A model generated the notes under the pieces. The model worked only from the letters and a program-made list of their open reading frames with translations, was not told where the DNA came from and searched no databases. From contig NW_002060946.1 in assembly GCF_000150275.1 (NCBI RefSeq), forward strand, positions 7,778,441 to 7,842,440: a stretch of DNA of 64,000 bases, written 5' to 3'. This DNA is from Trichoplax adhaerens (Eukaryota; Animalia; Placozoa). Below are positions 1-14,573 of this stretch, one piece after another (positions within the stretch are counted from its first letter, which is position 1; each line of letters starts with the position of its first letter). Position numbers and translations under genes: made by a program.

Positions 1-38
1 AAATGTTTTAAAATTCAGTTTATCATTTACCTATACAG

Positions 39-124
39 ATGACATTGCCGAAGGACTAGGTGACAATCACTTCGACCGGGACTACTTTAAAGAAATGAAG
101 TACAACAATAAACAGAATCAATAA
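39..124 (+). CDS. Possible terminal coding exon of a gene lying upstream of the window
   Basis: Pyrimidine-rich acceptor (catttacctatacAG, AG at 37-38) followed by an open frame (D)DIAEGLGDNHFDRDYFKEMKYNNKQNQ-TAA. No family recognised. Confidence 0.3.
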
Positions 125-3100
125 AATTGATTATACTCAACTAGACATTGCCGGCAAAAGCGATTCAACTTTTAGTAACACCAATAGTTATCCCACAGAT
201 AGGCCGAATATTATGATTCTTTATTTAATGTGATATATGATTAAGGTCGTGACCTGTAAATCTAGTGCCCGTATTAGGGAATGGGCAAAGGCGCGTAGCT
301 GGGTACCTTTTAGCTGAATAGCTAGATAACGAACCATAGAAATTTACAACACCGTATCGTTTCGTTATCATCCACACTCAGAAACAACTTTGCTAGAGCA
401 AGTTACTATTTACTCAGATTGAGAAGCAACATAAGATTTCAATGGCAGTACGTAATATCATATAATTTGAAATTGTATTTTATTGCTTTTCGTTTCGTAG
501 CAGATTATTTAATTAAAGATTTATTTGTGGAAAACTTTATTCGAGGATAATAGAAATAACTATAAGGATATACTAACATAGTAGCTTAAACCTAGGAGTA
601 AAGCTGTCAAGGATATTGATAACACTTTAAAATCGTCCATAGCGTTTATTTTCTGATGTAGTATATTGTGTAACAAGAGTCTTTAATGGTAAAAATTATT
701 AGTTAATACGTTTATTAATATTCCAATAGCCAAAATCTTCATTAAGCAAATAAAATTACAATAGACGGCGCTATGTTTGGAATACGTATACTTTAGTTGA
801 AGTGATGGAATGCTTTCTTACGATGTATCAAGACATAAATTTGATATAAGAAATTTTTTTTAGTTTGATTCCGTTTACAAAAATTATCTAAAAATAAAAT
901 ATTTATTAATACTGTACATAGCGATAACGAATAACAGTGAAAATTTAGGATTATAAAGGCCGCTGGTTGCAATTTTATTGCACGTAGGAGGATGATAATA
1001 AATTCACGAATGAAAAACACACGAAAGATAGATTGTTCGCAGAAGCAACATGAATAAGCTTATGGTGCAAATAAAAACAATTTTATAATTTGTTTTACCA
1101 TCATACAATACGATCTTTCAGGACTGAATAAGATCCAAATAAATTATTTAAGACGTAAGTAATAAAAAAAGACGACGTTTTGTAAAGTAAACATATGTCA
1201 ATACTACATAGCATGCATTATGATGAACATTGTGTTTATCCTATTTTTAAATTAACAGATTTTCGTTGTGTACTTGTGTCGTGTTTTCATGGAGACATCA
1301 AAGACGGTATGGCATAGTTTTACCTTAAGTAACAAAGTTGATGCTCGCTTGATCTGTCGTTACATGACAATTTTTATTAATCAGTGTCTCCTAAACATAT
1401 CAACTATTAATCTTTATGATTCTAAAATTACTCCAGCCTAGAGTATTGTAATCGTCGTAGAATGTTACAACATGAATCAAGTACTGACGAACACTTCGAA
1501 GTAATCATAAATATATTCTCTAATAAAGTACCCGCATCGAAAATAATTGCATCAATTTCATTGATTCTCAGTAGAAAAGATATCGAGGTGAATGATATTC
1601 CAGCATAGAAATAGTGACGGAATAATTGCTTCTTAAATATTGTGATCTGGACTAACTAGGTTGCTTGGCGCCATGAACTATTCTATGGATAGATCGGAAG
1701 GAAAAAAAACATAGACTACCTTTCGTACCTTTGAATTTCACAAATGAAATGGCAAAAGTAGCAATAAATTAATGCTTTTGACGACCAAGTGTTACAACCA
1801 ACATTAACTAGGTTTATAATTATTTACTTCGGGGAATTTTGAAATTTATTATCCACTATGCAATAAATATTTAAATTTAGAATCTGTAGCGTTACTTGCA
1901 AATCGGAAGAGGAAATGAAAATAAGTGCTTACTAGCGAACAAGCAATAAATGCTTTCAATATTACATCAGAAATGATGGTAAATCACATCATGCTAGATA
2001 AAAGGATTATAAATAAATAACCGGTATCAGTAGATAAAATTAAAGTAAGGCTATTAAAATATTGTAACTTTCAAGGCTTTTATATACCCACTATTATGAT
2101 ATTTGTGGTGAATTTGTTGCCCATTCCGCTGATGAAATTTTGCTTAGCTGACTCCTTTATCATCCTTTACGTAGGAAAATATGTTTATTTTATGGTACTA
2201 CGTAGGAGAAAAAAAATTTATAGCCAATGTTCTTCGCTTTTTACATTTTATTTTCAGTTATTAATGTAGTTATAGCAAAAAAAGTTACGGCAAAATAAGA
2301 ATGTGCATTTATTTACTGACTGATAGCAACTATGATGGCGTGAATTGATTAAAGTATGCATGTTACTTCTAAAATTGCTCTTTCAAAGGGTCGCAAAAAT
2401 GCGACCGCTGACAAAAAAATCTACATATTGGAAAGATCTTGTTTTCTAATTAAAGTAAGGTACGCTTATTAAGAAATATCTGATTTAGGCCTAGTGCCTT
2501 GTCTCTGATATTGCGTCCATTATTAGATGAATATTTTGCAAAAAAACTTCTAAGCAAATGTTTTAAAATGTGGAGCTTAAACTATATTTATTATGCTAAA
2601 GTGATATCTAAAAATAATTATCTACTCAGACTTAAGAGTACGACGGAAAGAAGTTTCACTTCTGTCACCTTATTGCTACAGTATCTAAGACGAAATACAT
2701 CATGCAAAAATTTGGTATCTAATATCATTTCGTTGGGTAAACATAGGAATAAAAGCATTATTAAACTAATAAACAATATCGTTATGCTAAAAATGTAGAA
2801 CGACATCATACTTTAAGTTCTTGTTGTTACTAAAAACTTTAAGCAACATTAGCAACATTATCAACAAAGCCCAAGGAAATGACAATGCCCCTATTTTTGT
2901 TATTTGCAGAAATTTTATAATTAAGTAATCAATATTTTTTTAACCTATTTAGTCGACAACTTACATTTGGATTAGTCTCTAATGTGCTTTGTCGCTCTTT
3001 TCCTGTACGCTAAAGCTACGCATCTTACGTATTGTAATGCGGATGTAGTGGTACTGCGTCATCAATTAAGTTATTCTTAATTAGTGAAAAATGAATACTT

Positions 3101-3821
3101 TTAAAAATTCTAGTTAAAGTCATCTGTTGTATTTGATGTTTAATTTTATTAAACTCATTAGCTAATGCTTTGATGGTTAATCAACTGTATACTAAATAAG
3201 AATTATATAAAATTTCTTAGCATGGCGAATATACGGGCAATATTAGGGACTAGTAAAAGAAAGAAGAGAAGCCTCTTAGTTCACTTAGTGTATGGGTTCT
3301 TAACCTAATCAAGCTTACTTTAATAAGATGTACAGTTCTGTACTACACTCTATCACTGTATTACCTAACAGATAATTACTGTAGTTTACTAAATTCATAA
3401 CATTCCCCCTTGTTCTTTAATAATTATTTTACGTAAGAAATTTTTCTTTCTTTAAGCATTACCGCTGTCCATTTGCGTAGTAGCGTATAGTAGTACAGTG
3501 GTGCATTTTTAGACGTGCTATTTTCATGCAAGCACGCATTATATGGTTATTATTCAATATGACAACTTATTCCTTCATTTAATAATCATAATCACAAATA
3601 GAGAAAATCGAATACCTGTAACCGATATTTTTCCGGTTTATGTGCAGTACCATCGAGTTACACAGTTCTCGCTGTAATATTTATTTAATAGTAAGTAAAG
3701 TAATAAGGAATTAGAAACTCAAAATGTAACGAGTAGGTTTTTTACTCGTTGTTAAAATAAGTAATTCTTGATTAGGAAATAAAGAATACTTTTGAATTGT
3801 CTAAACAAGTTCATATACTAT

Positions 3822-4157
3822 TGTCACAAACTCCCGTGTGACAAGATGACGTTGTGATCGAATCTACGATATCGCAATAATTCGTACGCCTTCGATTTCC
3901 GTTATACTTTTAACCTTAGGAACTAAGAATAACTTTTATTAATTTGTCTAATCGTTTAAATAGATTTTATCTACAAGCTTTTACATACCTCTTAGAATAC
4001 TACTAATCCAACTATAGATATAAATGACCTTTAACACATCACAATTTAAATCGTACCGTCTACAATCTATATCTGGTTACATAATCTCCTCGGCTTACAA
4101 TATCATTGTAGCCGCAAAGCATGTACTATTTTTGTACGGTGAGTTAGCACTGTGACA
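3822..4157 (-). mobile_element. Solo-LTR-like element (family E, related to B), 336 bp
   Basis: Termini TGTCACA...TGTGACA (perfect 7-bp inverted), flanked by exact 5-bp direct repeat ACTAT (3817-21 and 4158-62). Left end resembles family B (tgtcacaaac...gtgacaagatgacg). Confidence 0.75.
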
Positions 4158-5106
4158 ACTATCTTCGATGTTAAATTTCGTTGTGCTTGTAGTAAATAGG
4201 CTGCGACGGTAGAATCTACTGTATGTAAAAGGAGGAATATCTACAATCTACATCTACATTGTGGAGAATATCAGGGACTAGTAAAGAAAGGAGAAAAGTC
4301 TCTCTCGGCTGTCTCTTCCTTTAATTCAGAAATACTTCGAATTCCTTATCCGTTTGCACATTTCTACTCATAAAAGCATACAGTTATGGACTACTAGAAA
4401 ATTGTTAGCATGGTAGTGATTTCAAGTAGTCTATGAACACAGTCATGATAAAATAGAATTGTAGACTTACTATGGCCATATAATGACGCATTATTAGCAA
4501 ATTCTAAAAAGACCATGACATTATACTTTTCTGTATGCTTGTAGTCCCTTACTGTGCTTTTTGGGGGCCTGCTAAACACTATACAATAATGGCGACTCAT
4601 TTCTTTATTTTCTATTACTCTAAACAGAGAAAATTAAATAACTGTAATTGTTATGATCTTGTATAGCTATGAGTTTGGAACTAGTAGATGAACCGATTTA
4701 CAGAAGTATGAACATTGGCATCAACTTCTGTTCACAATTGATATTACTAAACGCTCAGTCGTTCTGTTGTATGTAATATTGCATCAATATCTGAGTGAAA
4801 ACCTAATTACATCGTAGAACTAACTATCAATGATAACTGTCAGAGTATACTGTATAAAACGCTATCAGACTTTCATGCCCTAAACACAAAACGTAGCAGT
4901 ACTCTGCTATTTCGCCAATTTCATGGGCTGTACCATCGATCATGTTTCTTGGTAACCTAAATTCCTCACTAAGAGTTGCTGAAATAGAAACTACTTCAAC
5001 ACCCAGTAGCTAAGAGAATGTCAATGCTTATTACTCAAGTATTTTAATATATATGCGGTGTTCTCTTTCTCGCGCAAGTAGACATATCAGATCAGCTAGT
5101 GAAACG

Positions 5107-5673
5107 TGTCACAAACCAGCTTCGTAACAAAGATAATGTAAAACAAATCTCTAAATTACTATAGTCTCCGGGATTTAGTATCCCTTAACTACCTTACAAG
5201 AATTTAGACACCTTTGATTCTACGTTAAACAACTCTAGAACTCTTCTTTTATTTAGCTATCAGCCGGAATTAAATACCTTCGGCAGCAGCTATCATGTAT
5301 GAGTCATATCAGTTCTTGAAATTTAGTTCATATTGGATAGCTAAATTAATGAAGATATTATTAATAATCTTAGACTTTTACAGAGCGATTCTAGATAATT
5401 AGACTTCAGTATGTGTATACAAAGAATTATTTATAGTATCATCTATAATTGAATAGCTTTGGGATATTCATCGCAACCTTTACTAGACATAACACTATAA
5501 TCTATCAACATTAGTTACCGTAATAGAACTTTTACTACAGTACAGCATAATTTACTGTAACAAAATAATAACTACTGTATTTCTTACTGTAAGTCATTGT
5601 TAGTTATCTCTCTATATAAATGCTAACCACTAAATTTAGTCATTTACTCTTCATGGTGGTTCATATCGTGACA
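5107..5673 (-). mobile_element. Solo-LTR-like element family B copy 1, 567 bp
   Basis: TGTCAC...GTGACA termini; TSD AAACG/AAATG (1 mismatch). Both ends closely match 19165-19508 and, inverted, 33579-33860. Confidence 0.8.
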
Positions 5674-8328
5674 AAATGATAAAAGGTTCAACTGAAAGCA
5701 AACTAAGTTGCTGTATAAAACATTACTAAGCATAAGATAAAGCAAGATATCGCTACAATTTTCTATCCACTTGAAGCGTTTTAAGAAAAAGTTTTTATTA
5801 AGTAGTCCCTGATAGCGTATGAGTCTTGTAAAAGTTTACTTATTTTTCTCTTTATTTTTTCGAACAATAGTTAGAAATGGTATAATTCTGGACTAGATTG
5901 AGCACATATTCGCATTTAAATAAAATTGAGCTATTTAGACTGATGATAAAGTGGCAACAAGAAGTTACCTTAAATTATGCAATATATCAAACGTTTCCTG
6001 CTCTACAATATGAATTCTATCTTTATGGGTAATATTAAAATCTGGTAATAAATAGAGGATTTCTGACCACTTTAAGTTAGGCAAGTCAGTACAGTAATCG
6101 AAGTTGTATAAAATGCATCGAATGAAGGCAGGAATAAGATCTAAATCAAAATCTTGCAGTATGCTAAAGCTTTCGGTTAAGGCATAATCTTTTGCTAAAT
6201 TAATGATATCGTAACTTAATGAAAATCTTCTTCTTCAATACAATGATAATTACAGCTGATCTCATTCTAAATTTAATAAAATGGCATTATACGGATAGGC
6301 TAACAGAAATAAATATCTTCAGCCATGACATTAATATCTTAATGCCTCGGGTAGTACTAACGCATTTTTTGTCTTACTATATGTCCAGTAGAATTATAAA
6401 TTGATGTTAAATTACATGCTAGCGAAACCTTAAGCGAAATCTTGACAATACTGTTGCAGCATAAGCATAGATAGTTAGAATTGCTTTAATAATTAGCATA
6501 ACTACTTGCGGTTAACATGGTTGTAGAAAAGAAAAAGACCTAGACCATTGCTTGACCTCGCTCATGTATTATCTGTCAGGAAAAACGGAAATCATCTAGG
6601 TAAAAATATAGGTCAAAATTGTCATAAATATACGTATGAAGTGACGATTTTACTTCATCATTTTGAAGTCGTTAGAAGTGAGTTCTGCATAAACGGATGG
6701 GATATTAGCAAACACCCATAAAAATTTTCATAGCGCTGTAATGATAATAGTATTGCAGATATAATTTTAAAATTCGATAGCACGATGGTAAACCACCTAT
6801 CTATCTTCGCAACGCTCTACTTAAGGTTACTATTAATGTATCAGAGGTATAGCTAGGAATAATTATACAATAGCAAATATTGGCCTAGCAAATACCGTCA
6901 TTGAAGTATGCCATGTTAATTTAAGCGTTATTTAGCAACCAGGAAAAAATTTTTAAGGCAGACTTTGTTATAAGTTCGTGTACAACAATATTTAAACTAT
7001 GTTTCAATAGTATTTACTAATGCACTTCAAACTACTAGTAGTTCAATATATAGATCATGTTACTTATCTAACAATCATTGTTTACAGCCAATATTGATAT
7101 TAATAAATATAAACCTACGAATCAACAGCTGCCTTATCAGCGTTAGCTTGACGAACATAAAATAGAAATGATTGAAGAATGATTGATCATCTAACTAAGC
7201 ACTACTGCTTAAATAACGATAGTCAACAACAAGAAAATTTTATCATCGCTTAAATTACATGTTACTTCTATCAAAAGTACCGTACTTAGACTGGTAACTA
7301 GCTGATCACTTTACTTAAGCTATCATGGATATTAATTAGCGCTATCATTGCAGGCCAGTAAGCTATCCTTTGAATATTTTAGAAAACTTCTATATGGTGA
7401 TTAAAAAAGTTTGGACGTCAACGACTAATATCAAAAAATTCTAAAAAGTTTAATTTGGAGTTTAAGATATCGTGATAATATGCTGTAGGTATTGTTATTT
7501 TTCTTCTTATAAAGATCACTTAGTTTCTCCGTCTTTCAAATACCAGGTGTGTAATTAATAATTTGACTTGCTTATTGTTTCATTGAAATACAGCGAATCT
7601 TCCGCTTGATTAATCATCAATAGCCTGTCACTTAGTATGTCCCCCATATCAACAAGCAAAACATTACTTTAATTTATTAGCCATTAGAATTAATAGAACG
7701 TGATTTAGATACCTTACAAACATCTCTGTACATTACTTATTACGATTGCAGATATTTTGGATCGAACAGTTAATTTATAAATTATTTAATATTTGAAAAA
7801 TAGTGATTCAAGTTTTGTCATAAAATGTAAATCCCTACTTTAATTGCCTAGATCATAATTGTTCCAACTTGAGAAACAATCCAATTCTTCTATTTTAATG
7901 CTTAATTGATCAATTAACAATGGTAAATAAGAAAAGGTTTTATTTTTTTTATCGATAAAAAATAAGATTGCAAAACAATAATATAGTATATTATACATAG
8001 CAATTAAACTGAAAAGCACATATGTTCGTATATGCGACTGGTTATATTTCACTGACGATCAAATTTATATAGGAATAAATGTTCGGTGATTAAATGTTTT
8101 TAGAGGTCTGTAATTCAAAACGATGAAGTTAATATAATATCCTAGTATTACTATTAATTTTCAATTTTAAGAAATTATTGTGATAATTCAGTATTGTCAG
8201 CTGCATAGCGCTCGCTATCACTTTACTTATTCCATGTGAAAGCCTGGTAACTCCAGTTTGGTATTGTAACACCTCTAAATATTGGACTTGGATTTTTTAA
8301 ATTCAAGCAAAGGCATCCATTACTCAAT

Positions 8329-9477
8329 ATGGCAATAACAAACCATACCAATAATTCTACAGAATCTGCTTCAATTTCCATGTTCAATGTAGCCTTTATC
8401 TTTTTAATCTTGGTTATTAGTATTCTGGGAATTATCTTCAATCTTTTGCTCATTCACGTTACCAGGCTAAGGAAAGAACTGAAAAATACAACTTATGGTA
8501 CTGCTACTAATTTATTAATATCAAATGTTATCTTATCTACTGTAACTGGCTCATGTGCCCTTATTAGCGTTATTCAACATCGGTGGATTGTGTCAGAATG
8601 GATTTGCAAGCTCTTAACTTATTCGCTAGGTGTTTGGATCGCTACAATATCGATTACTTATAGCCTCATCAGCATGAACAGCTGTTTAGTAACGATTTTT
8701 AAGCAGCCTTTTTATCCTGGAATCCACAGAAAAACCGTTCTGATTAACATAATCTTATTAATATGGTTGACTAGTTTAAGTCTTAATATTCCACTCATGT
8801 ACTACTCTGGAACTACTAGCAAACTAAACTTTGTTTGCAATATTCGTTATCATTACAGTAGCCCGTATTATTTCACATTTGTAATGGCGCTAGTTTATCT
8901 GATTCCTGTATTAACTAACTGTTTGATGTATCTACGAATTATTATTTATATCGCTAAAAATGGTGTTCAAAATAATAATGAAATTCATCAGCAATCCTGT
9001 CATCCTTATTCACACCCACTTAGCAGTAGCTATTCAAATAATACAAGTAGTATTGGCGATCGTAACAAATATCGCCTAGACCGTTATACCTTGCTACAAA
9101 AGGATATGCTAAGTACTACTACAATTAAAGCTTTTGGTTACTCCGCTGCAATGTTCTTTTTAGCAATATCACCAATATTTACCGTAATGCTAACACTTTC
9201 CTTTAAGGCATCGCCACATTTTAGTTTGTCCAATTTACATCTTTCAACCATATCGCTTATATTCTACTTATTATGTTTAACGTCTGTTATTACCCAGCCA
9301 GTATTTATAGTCGCTTATGATAGAGTTACGGCAGAATTAGTTCGAAAAGAAATACACTATTTTATAACACGTAAGCGTTCTATTGATACTCCAATACATG
9401 TAGAAGGGGCAACAAGTATAAATAGTCATACCAATTCAAGATCGTTCCATAATACTAACGTAGGATATAGATCGTAG
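8329..9477 (+). CDS. Intronless divergent rhodopsin-class (class A) 7TM GPCR, 382 aa
   Basis: N-glycosylation sequons (NHT, NNS), seven hydrophobic segments, TM1 GIIFN, ECL1-TM3 WIVSEWICK, TM4 W...P, ECL2 CNIRY, TM5 YLIP. Canonical DRY and NPxxY are replaced by MNS and QPVFI. Confidence 0.85.
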   Translation: MAITNHTNNSTESASISMFNVAFIFLILVISILGIIFNLLLIHVTRLRKELKNTTYGTATNLLISNVILSTVTGSCALISVIQHRWIVSEWICKLLTYSLGVWIATISITYSLISMNSCLVTIFKQPFYPGIHRKTVLINIILLIWLTSLSLNIPLMYYSGTTSKLNFVCNIRYHYSSPYYFTFVMALVYLIPVLTNCLMYLRIIIYIAKNGVQNNNEIHQQSCHPYSHPLSSSYSNNTSSIGDRNKYRLDRYTLLQKDMLSTTTIKAFGYSAAMFFLAISPIFTVMLTLSFKASPHFSLSNLHLSTISLIFYLLCLTSVITQPVFIVAYDRVTAELVRKEIHYFITRKRSIDTPIHVEGATSINSHTNSRSFHNTNVGYRS

Positions 9478-11386
9478 CCCGTCTAATATGACTAATTCAT
9501 TTCAAATGATTCTAGTTAAAAATTACCTCATTTTTAATTAGAAATAGTAAACCTTATTTCGGCGACTATGCATAACGACTTAGATACACGTAATGATCGT
9601 TGCTTATTTATATGAACACATCAAAAGTAGTTAAATTACTTTGGGCTGTAAACACGACTATTTGAACCAACGCAACTGTTGTATTCTGTATAGTAACTAC
9701 AATCTCAATTATAAGGTTCTCATTTAAAATTACTAATGATGTACAAAAGATAAATAAAAAACATATTAATGATTAAACATTACGTTTTCTAATGGAACTA
9801 GAACATCCTCCGCACTAACAACATAAATATACTTGTATTTGTTATTGCTAGCACCTTAATGTTGATAATAATAGTACTACAACCTATTCAATAATGCAAT
9901 ATCATTACAATACTATACATACGCAGAGCTTTATTAACCTAGTTAAGCTCGCAAGTCCCAAGCCCTACCCAACTCAGATCTGCATATGTTAAATACATAC
10001 TTTATATACGGTACGCTTAAACAGATATGAATCTGTATGAATATTATAGTAACATGATTTTTAGCATTAGTAAAAGGGAGATAGACTATTGGATGTGAGG
10101 TAATTTGAGTACAAGTATTTTTATATCATCGAAGATATTTTTCATGATTCTCGATGTGATCTTTACTAAGACTAGTTTTAGGTTTATTGATACCTTGCGT
10201 TGTTAGAACTTACGTAAATTAAAACTGTCGAAAATTTTAGAAAGCTTTATTTTAAACTATAGTAGTGTAAAGTATCATATATCGGTCTTCCTGACTGTTG
10301 CTAGCAGAATGATAAGTACCTATAATTTACTAGCTACTCCTTATAAGTTAGTATGCTTATTGGAAGTAACCTATAGAAGATCAGAGAGCACTGTACAGTT
10401 CTTTTATATAATGACTATCAGCTAAAATCGCGACTAGTTCTAGTTTAAAGCTATCTGTGGATGACTAGAAATAGTAATGCACTCCATGATTATAACGAAA
10501 TTAAAGATAGATTGGTTCATCATATTCACTAGCATTTAAATAGAAGTACGACTTGCAGCAGCCTTAGATAAGAGACAAATATCAGAGAAAATAAATTGTC
10601 AGCTGCAACATTTCATAGGATTAACTGGATTTCAAATGATTAAAGAACCTGTCCCAAACTAAAAGTGATTATTATTAATTTGTGACTAATTAATTCATTG
10701 ACTAGCATACAGCAAGAACAATAACATAATACCTTCTAAAACCCAAATAAGCTCAATAATCGTAATGCATGTTGAGACTAGGAAATTCTAGAATTACTTC
10801 GATTAATGTATTGTATTTCATACTTATCAATACATATGATAAATTAATGTTACATCATATAGAAGTCCGTAATAGCTTAATATATGATTATTTATCAATC
10901 CAGCTTTTCATCGAAGCCGGTTGATGTTAACCATGTTACTTGAAGAAATGAGCAACTAGCACTTTTAGAAAACTGTAAAAATTTGTAGAAAATGTGCGAC
11001 CGTACCTTCCCGTCACTATTGTCGTACTGCATCTAACTATAGGTGTATTTTATTAAATAACCTTAATAGCAATATCGCTGTAAGCACCTATTTGTATTTA
11101 AATTACAATATGATCATTCACGGAATCAAGCAAGTCAATATATTATATAGGTTATCGGTAATTATTTTCGACCAGTACCTTGCTGTAAGCAGATTTCAAT
11201 AATGAGAGGGATAACTACGCGATTAATTCAGATATGATCAGTATAGAAATGAAACATAATTAATCCTACCAATTAGTATTATTTTTATTCCTCAAAATTA
11301 TCAAAGCTTAACGATATGTTCACCATATAAGAGCACGGTGTATTAGTACTGAACCCTAGCAGTTGCAAGTTTAAGAATGCTATTAA

Positions 11387-12401
11387 TTAGAATGAATTTT
11401 GACGAACCAATGTCGTCCGTGATCTGAACGAGCGCTGATAATTGCTTCTAAAATAATTACGGCGACAAGAATATTCAGCTTCTACACTATAACGTTTATT
11501 ATTATCGGAAGAAATATTTAAGATTGGGTTACTTATGCTAACAAATATGCATAGTGGTAGAGATAAAAAAGGCAATCAGAAATAGTATGCAATTGTCTTC
11601 ACTTAGCTCACCAATTATTTTAAGATTAGTCGCAGATAAATGGATAGCTATGTAAAATAGATGAGAGAATATCTTGAATATGCTAGTAATAATTATCAGC
11701 ACTTTAACAATGTCATGAGTACGCTACCTGATTGATCAAATTCTGCTACTATTATCTCATGGACTTATATAGTTAGTGAATTGCTTAAATAATCGGCTAT
11801 AATTTGCTATTATAATAATTTAAGGTATTACACAAGTTAAAAATGCCTTTGAAGCAAAATAAGCAATCGCTAGATATCCATAGCCATCATTAAATACAAT
11901 ATCGCAATATCTAGAGACATTTGGACGATACTTAATAAGGTATTCCATAGGAAATGCAAAGATGGCGCTTAATAGCCATATCAATTTTCGATATTTAATC
12001 ATTCTACGGGACTCTTGATTTTTGATCTACTTTTGTAACTATTACCACTTTCTAACGATAATGAATAGCTACGGTTAAAGTAAAGGCAGAAACATTATAT
12101 ATGATATACAGGGAATAAAATATCATTCTGCAAAATATATGGCTGGTATGAAAGTTAGAATACATAATTAGATACGGCCTAAGAGATAGAAAAAGTTGGA
12201 TGCTACTTAAGCAATCACAAGCTGAGACACTAGCAATTAGTAAATATGTTGGATCTTTCAAATACTTGACTTTACTTATAAAAAGAAATAAAAGAGAATT
12301 GACTGTAACTCCAACTAAACCTCTTGGCATACAAATTCACGATACAGCTGCAGCCCCAGAATCTGTAAGTCACTACTCCTACTAGGACCAGTGTTATTCA
12401 T
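11387..12401 (-). pseudogene. GPCR pseudogene of the 21757/27661 family
   Basis: ATG AAT AAC ACT at 12401, then family motifs split over several frames: GLVGVTVN, KYLKDPTY, DCLSSIQ, FCRM, AIHYR-stop (12052), CDIVF, VIP-stop (11820), IVKVLIIITS (~11700), SNPILN (~11520). Multiple frameshifts and stops. Confidence 0.85.
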
Positions 12402-14573
12402 ATTGATAAGAATGTCAATGATAAGACTAAACCTTCATCACTCTTTTTATACGTTTAAAGAGATACTAACGATAAATATAATTTTCTTCTCGTCTAAACA
12501 AGGCCCATATTTCTCTCTTGTAGCAAGAAAAATGATTTTCCGCAACTTTAATACGACTTGAGAACGCGGATGATAAATATATTTGGCAGCAAATTAGGTA
12601 AAAGCTCAATCAAATCCATCAATGTGATCATTTAGGAACAATATTTGATATGACTTGAAAAAATTTAAACCATGCAAAGTAAGTGATGATACTGTGACAA
12701 ACTCTATGTACTCAATCCGGAATTTTGTTATATCAATACCCCAAACTACGGATAAATATAAGATTAATAACTAGCAAAGATATCTTACCCAACAGGATAT
12801 ACACTCATTTATTGAGTATCGAAGATGAAGCATTAATTAGGACGATTGAGCAGATATCATCAATATTATAATGTAGCAAAGCTTTTAGATAGCTTTATCA
12901 GACTACAACCTAAAACAATTATTATTATACTGTCCCTAAATGCTAGTGTCACTAGGATATGTATACTTCATTAAATTTCAAAGTTGGCATACGTAGCATT
13001 TGTAATCTGCTAAATGTTTTTTTTAAACTATCTTTCTATTGTCTTATATGATAAGTTAAAACACTATTACTAGCTAACTAATTAAGCGAATACGCCTCAT
13101 ATACTGATAGTCTAGCGTGGATTCTATCAAAATCATAGTATGTGTATATGCTGACATCGATTGCTTTTGTTATACTATTACATGTACGAATCGATCCTAC
13201 TTAGTTACATTTGGAAATTTAAAAAATGGTTCACAAACAATAAACGTTTGAGTTCATATTCAACCTCTTCATAGTTAAATCTAGAATAAACGATAAGATT
13301 TATGTAGCAAATTCAATGCTGTTTACAAAAATTTATAAGGGAAACAATTACTTAATCAATAAACACAAACAGTAAATTACAGTAATCAGCTTCAGATGAT
13401 GTTCTCTTCTAAAGTTTTCATCCTATATGTAACTTTTTAATGCGCTTTCTTATATTAAATACAGTTTTACATAAATGTAATTTAAAAAATTCTTCTGAAA
13501 GTAATTTAATCATGTAACTAGGATCAAAATATTACGAGTGTCTTGGAAGTACAGCATACCCTCGTATGATATATTCAAAACTTTATAACTTATAACAATA
13601 AAGAACAGGGAAAAATCTAAGACGATGTTGTCAAGGACAGAGCATTGAATTAAATGTTATCCTGATTCCGAATTATTCTGCAGTTTGTATTTCTAGTACA
13701 TATGGTCGGCGTTAATATTAGTATGTGCCCGCATATTTTTTTAATCATAGATCGTCTCTATCATTTTCATTTATATTTCTTAAATTTCTTTCCTTTCTTT
13801 ACTTATAAGTCATTCTTATCCATAATAATACTTAAGTATTATATTTCAAAATACAATATTTTACGCATCAGTTTTACTTTATTAGATATTTTCATAATCT
13901 TTAATGCGGATAATTCAACAGAATAAAGAAACCTGAAGTTAAGGCGTTGCTAACATATAGTTACAATACCTACCTAATGCTATCTTCAATTACAAAATTT
14001 TAAATAATGTTAATATTCATAGTATACGTATGTAATATTATAAGCAATACCAGGATAGTATCGTCCTTATTATTGTATGGAATAATATATTGTAGAAATT
14101 TGACATAATTCATGCATTATATTCAAATAATAAAAATTAGGAAACGTTACTTGTAAAATTATGTGATATCAAGCTTATTTCAGTGATCCTATAACGTTGT
14201 GTGCAAAATTTCTATCAGTACCGCAAATATTAGCAACTTTAATTTAAGTTACGGCAAAGTTATGCAACACTTATAACAAAGAAAATTACAGTAATCATCA
14301 CCATGATGATAAAAAATTTTACACCAAGTAATGCAATTAGGTATAATCATCTCAGTATTTAAAAAATCAAACAAAAGCAGCCAGTAATTAATTAACAATT
14401 GTGAGTAATATGCTTAACTAAAAATTTTGTAGAACAATTTATCAAGCAATTGCAGACGAAGCGCCTTTCTTTATTGATCAGTAGCGCGATAGTATCATCT
14501 TAGTCTGTCATACATTATTAAATATTACAGACGATTTTCAATTTTATTAACTTGTTTTTAATTTATATGTTTT

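Noticed and set aside
793-8453. Short 60-100 aa ORFs in the first 8.5 kb and similar ones elsewhere (13702, 18381, 20040, 34649, 42049, 54733, 61464)
   Set aside because: Composition typical of chance ORFs in AT-rich DNA, or antisense to GPCRs; no motifs or consistent splice structure.
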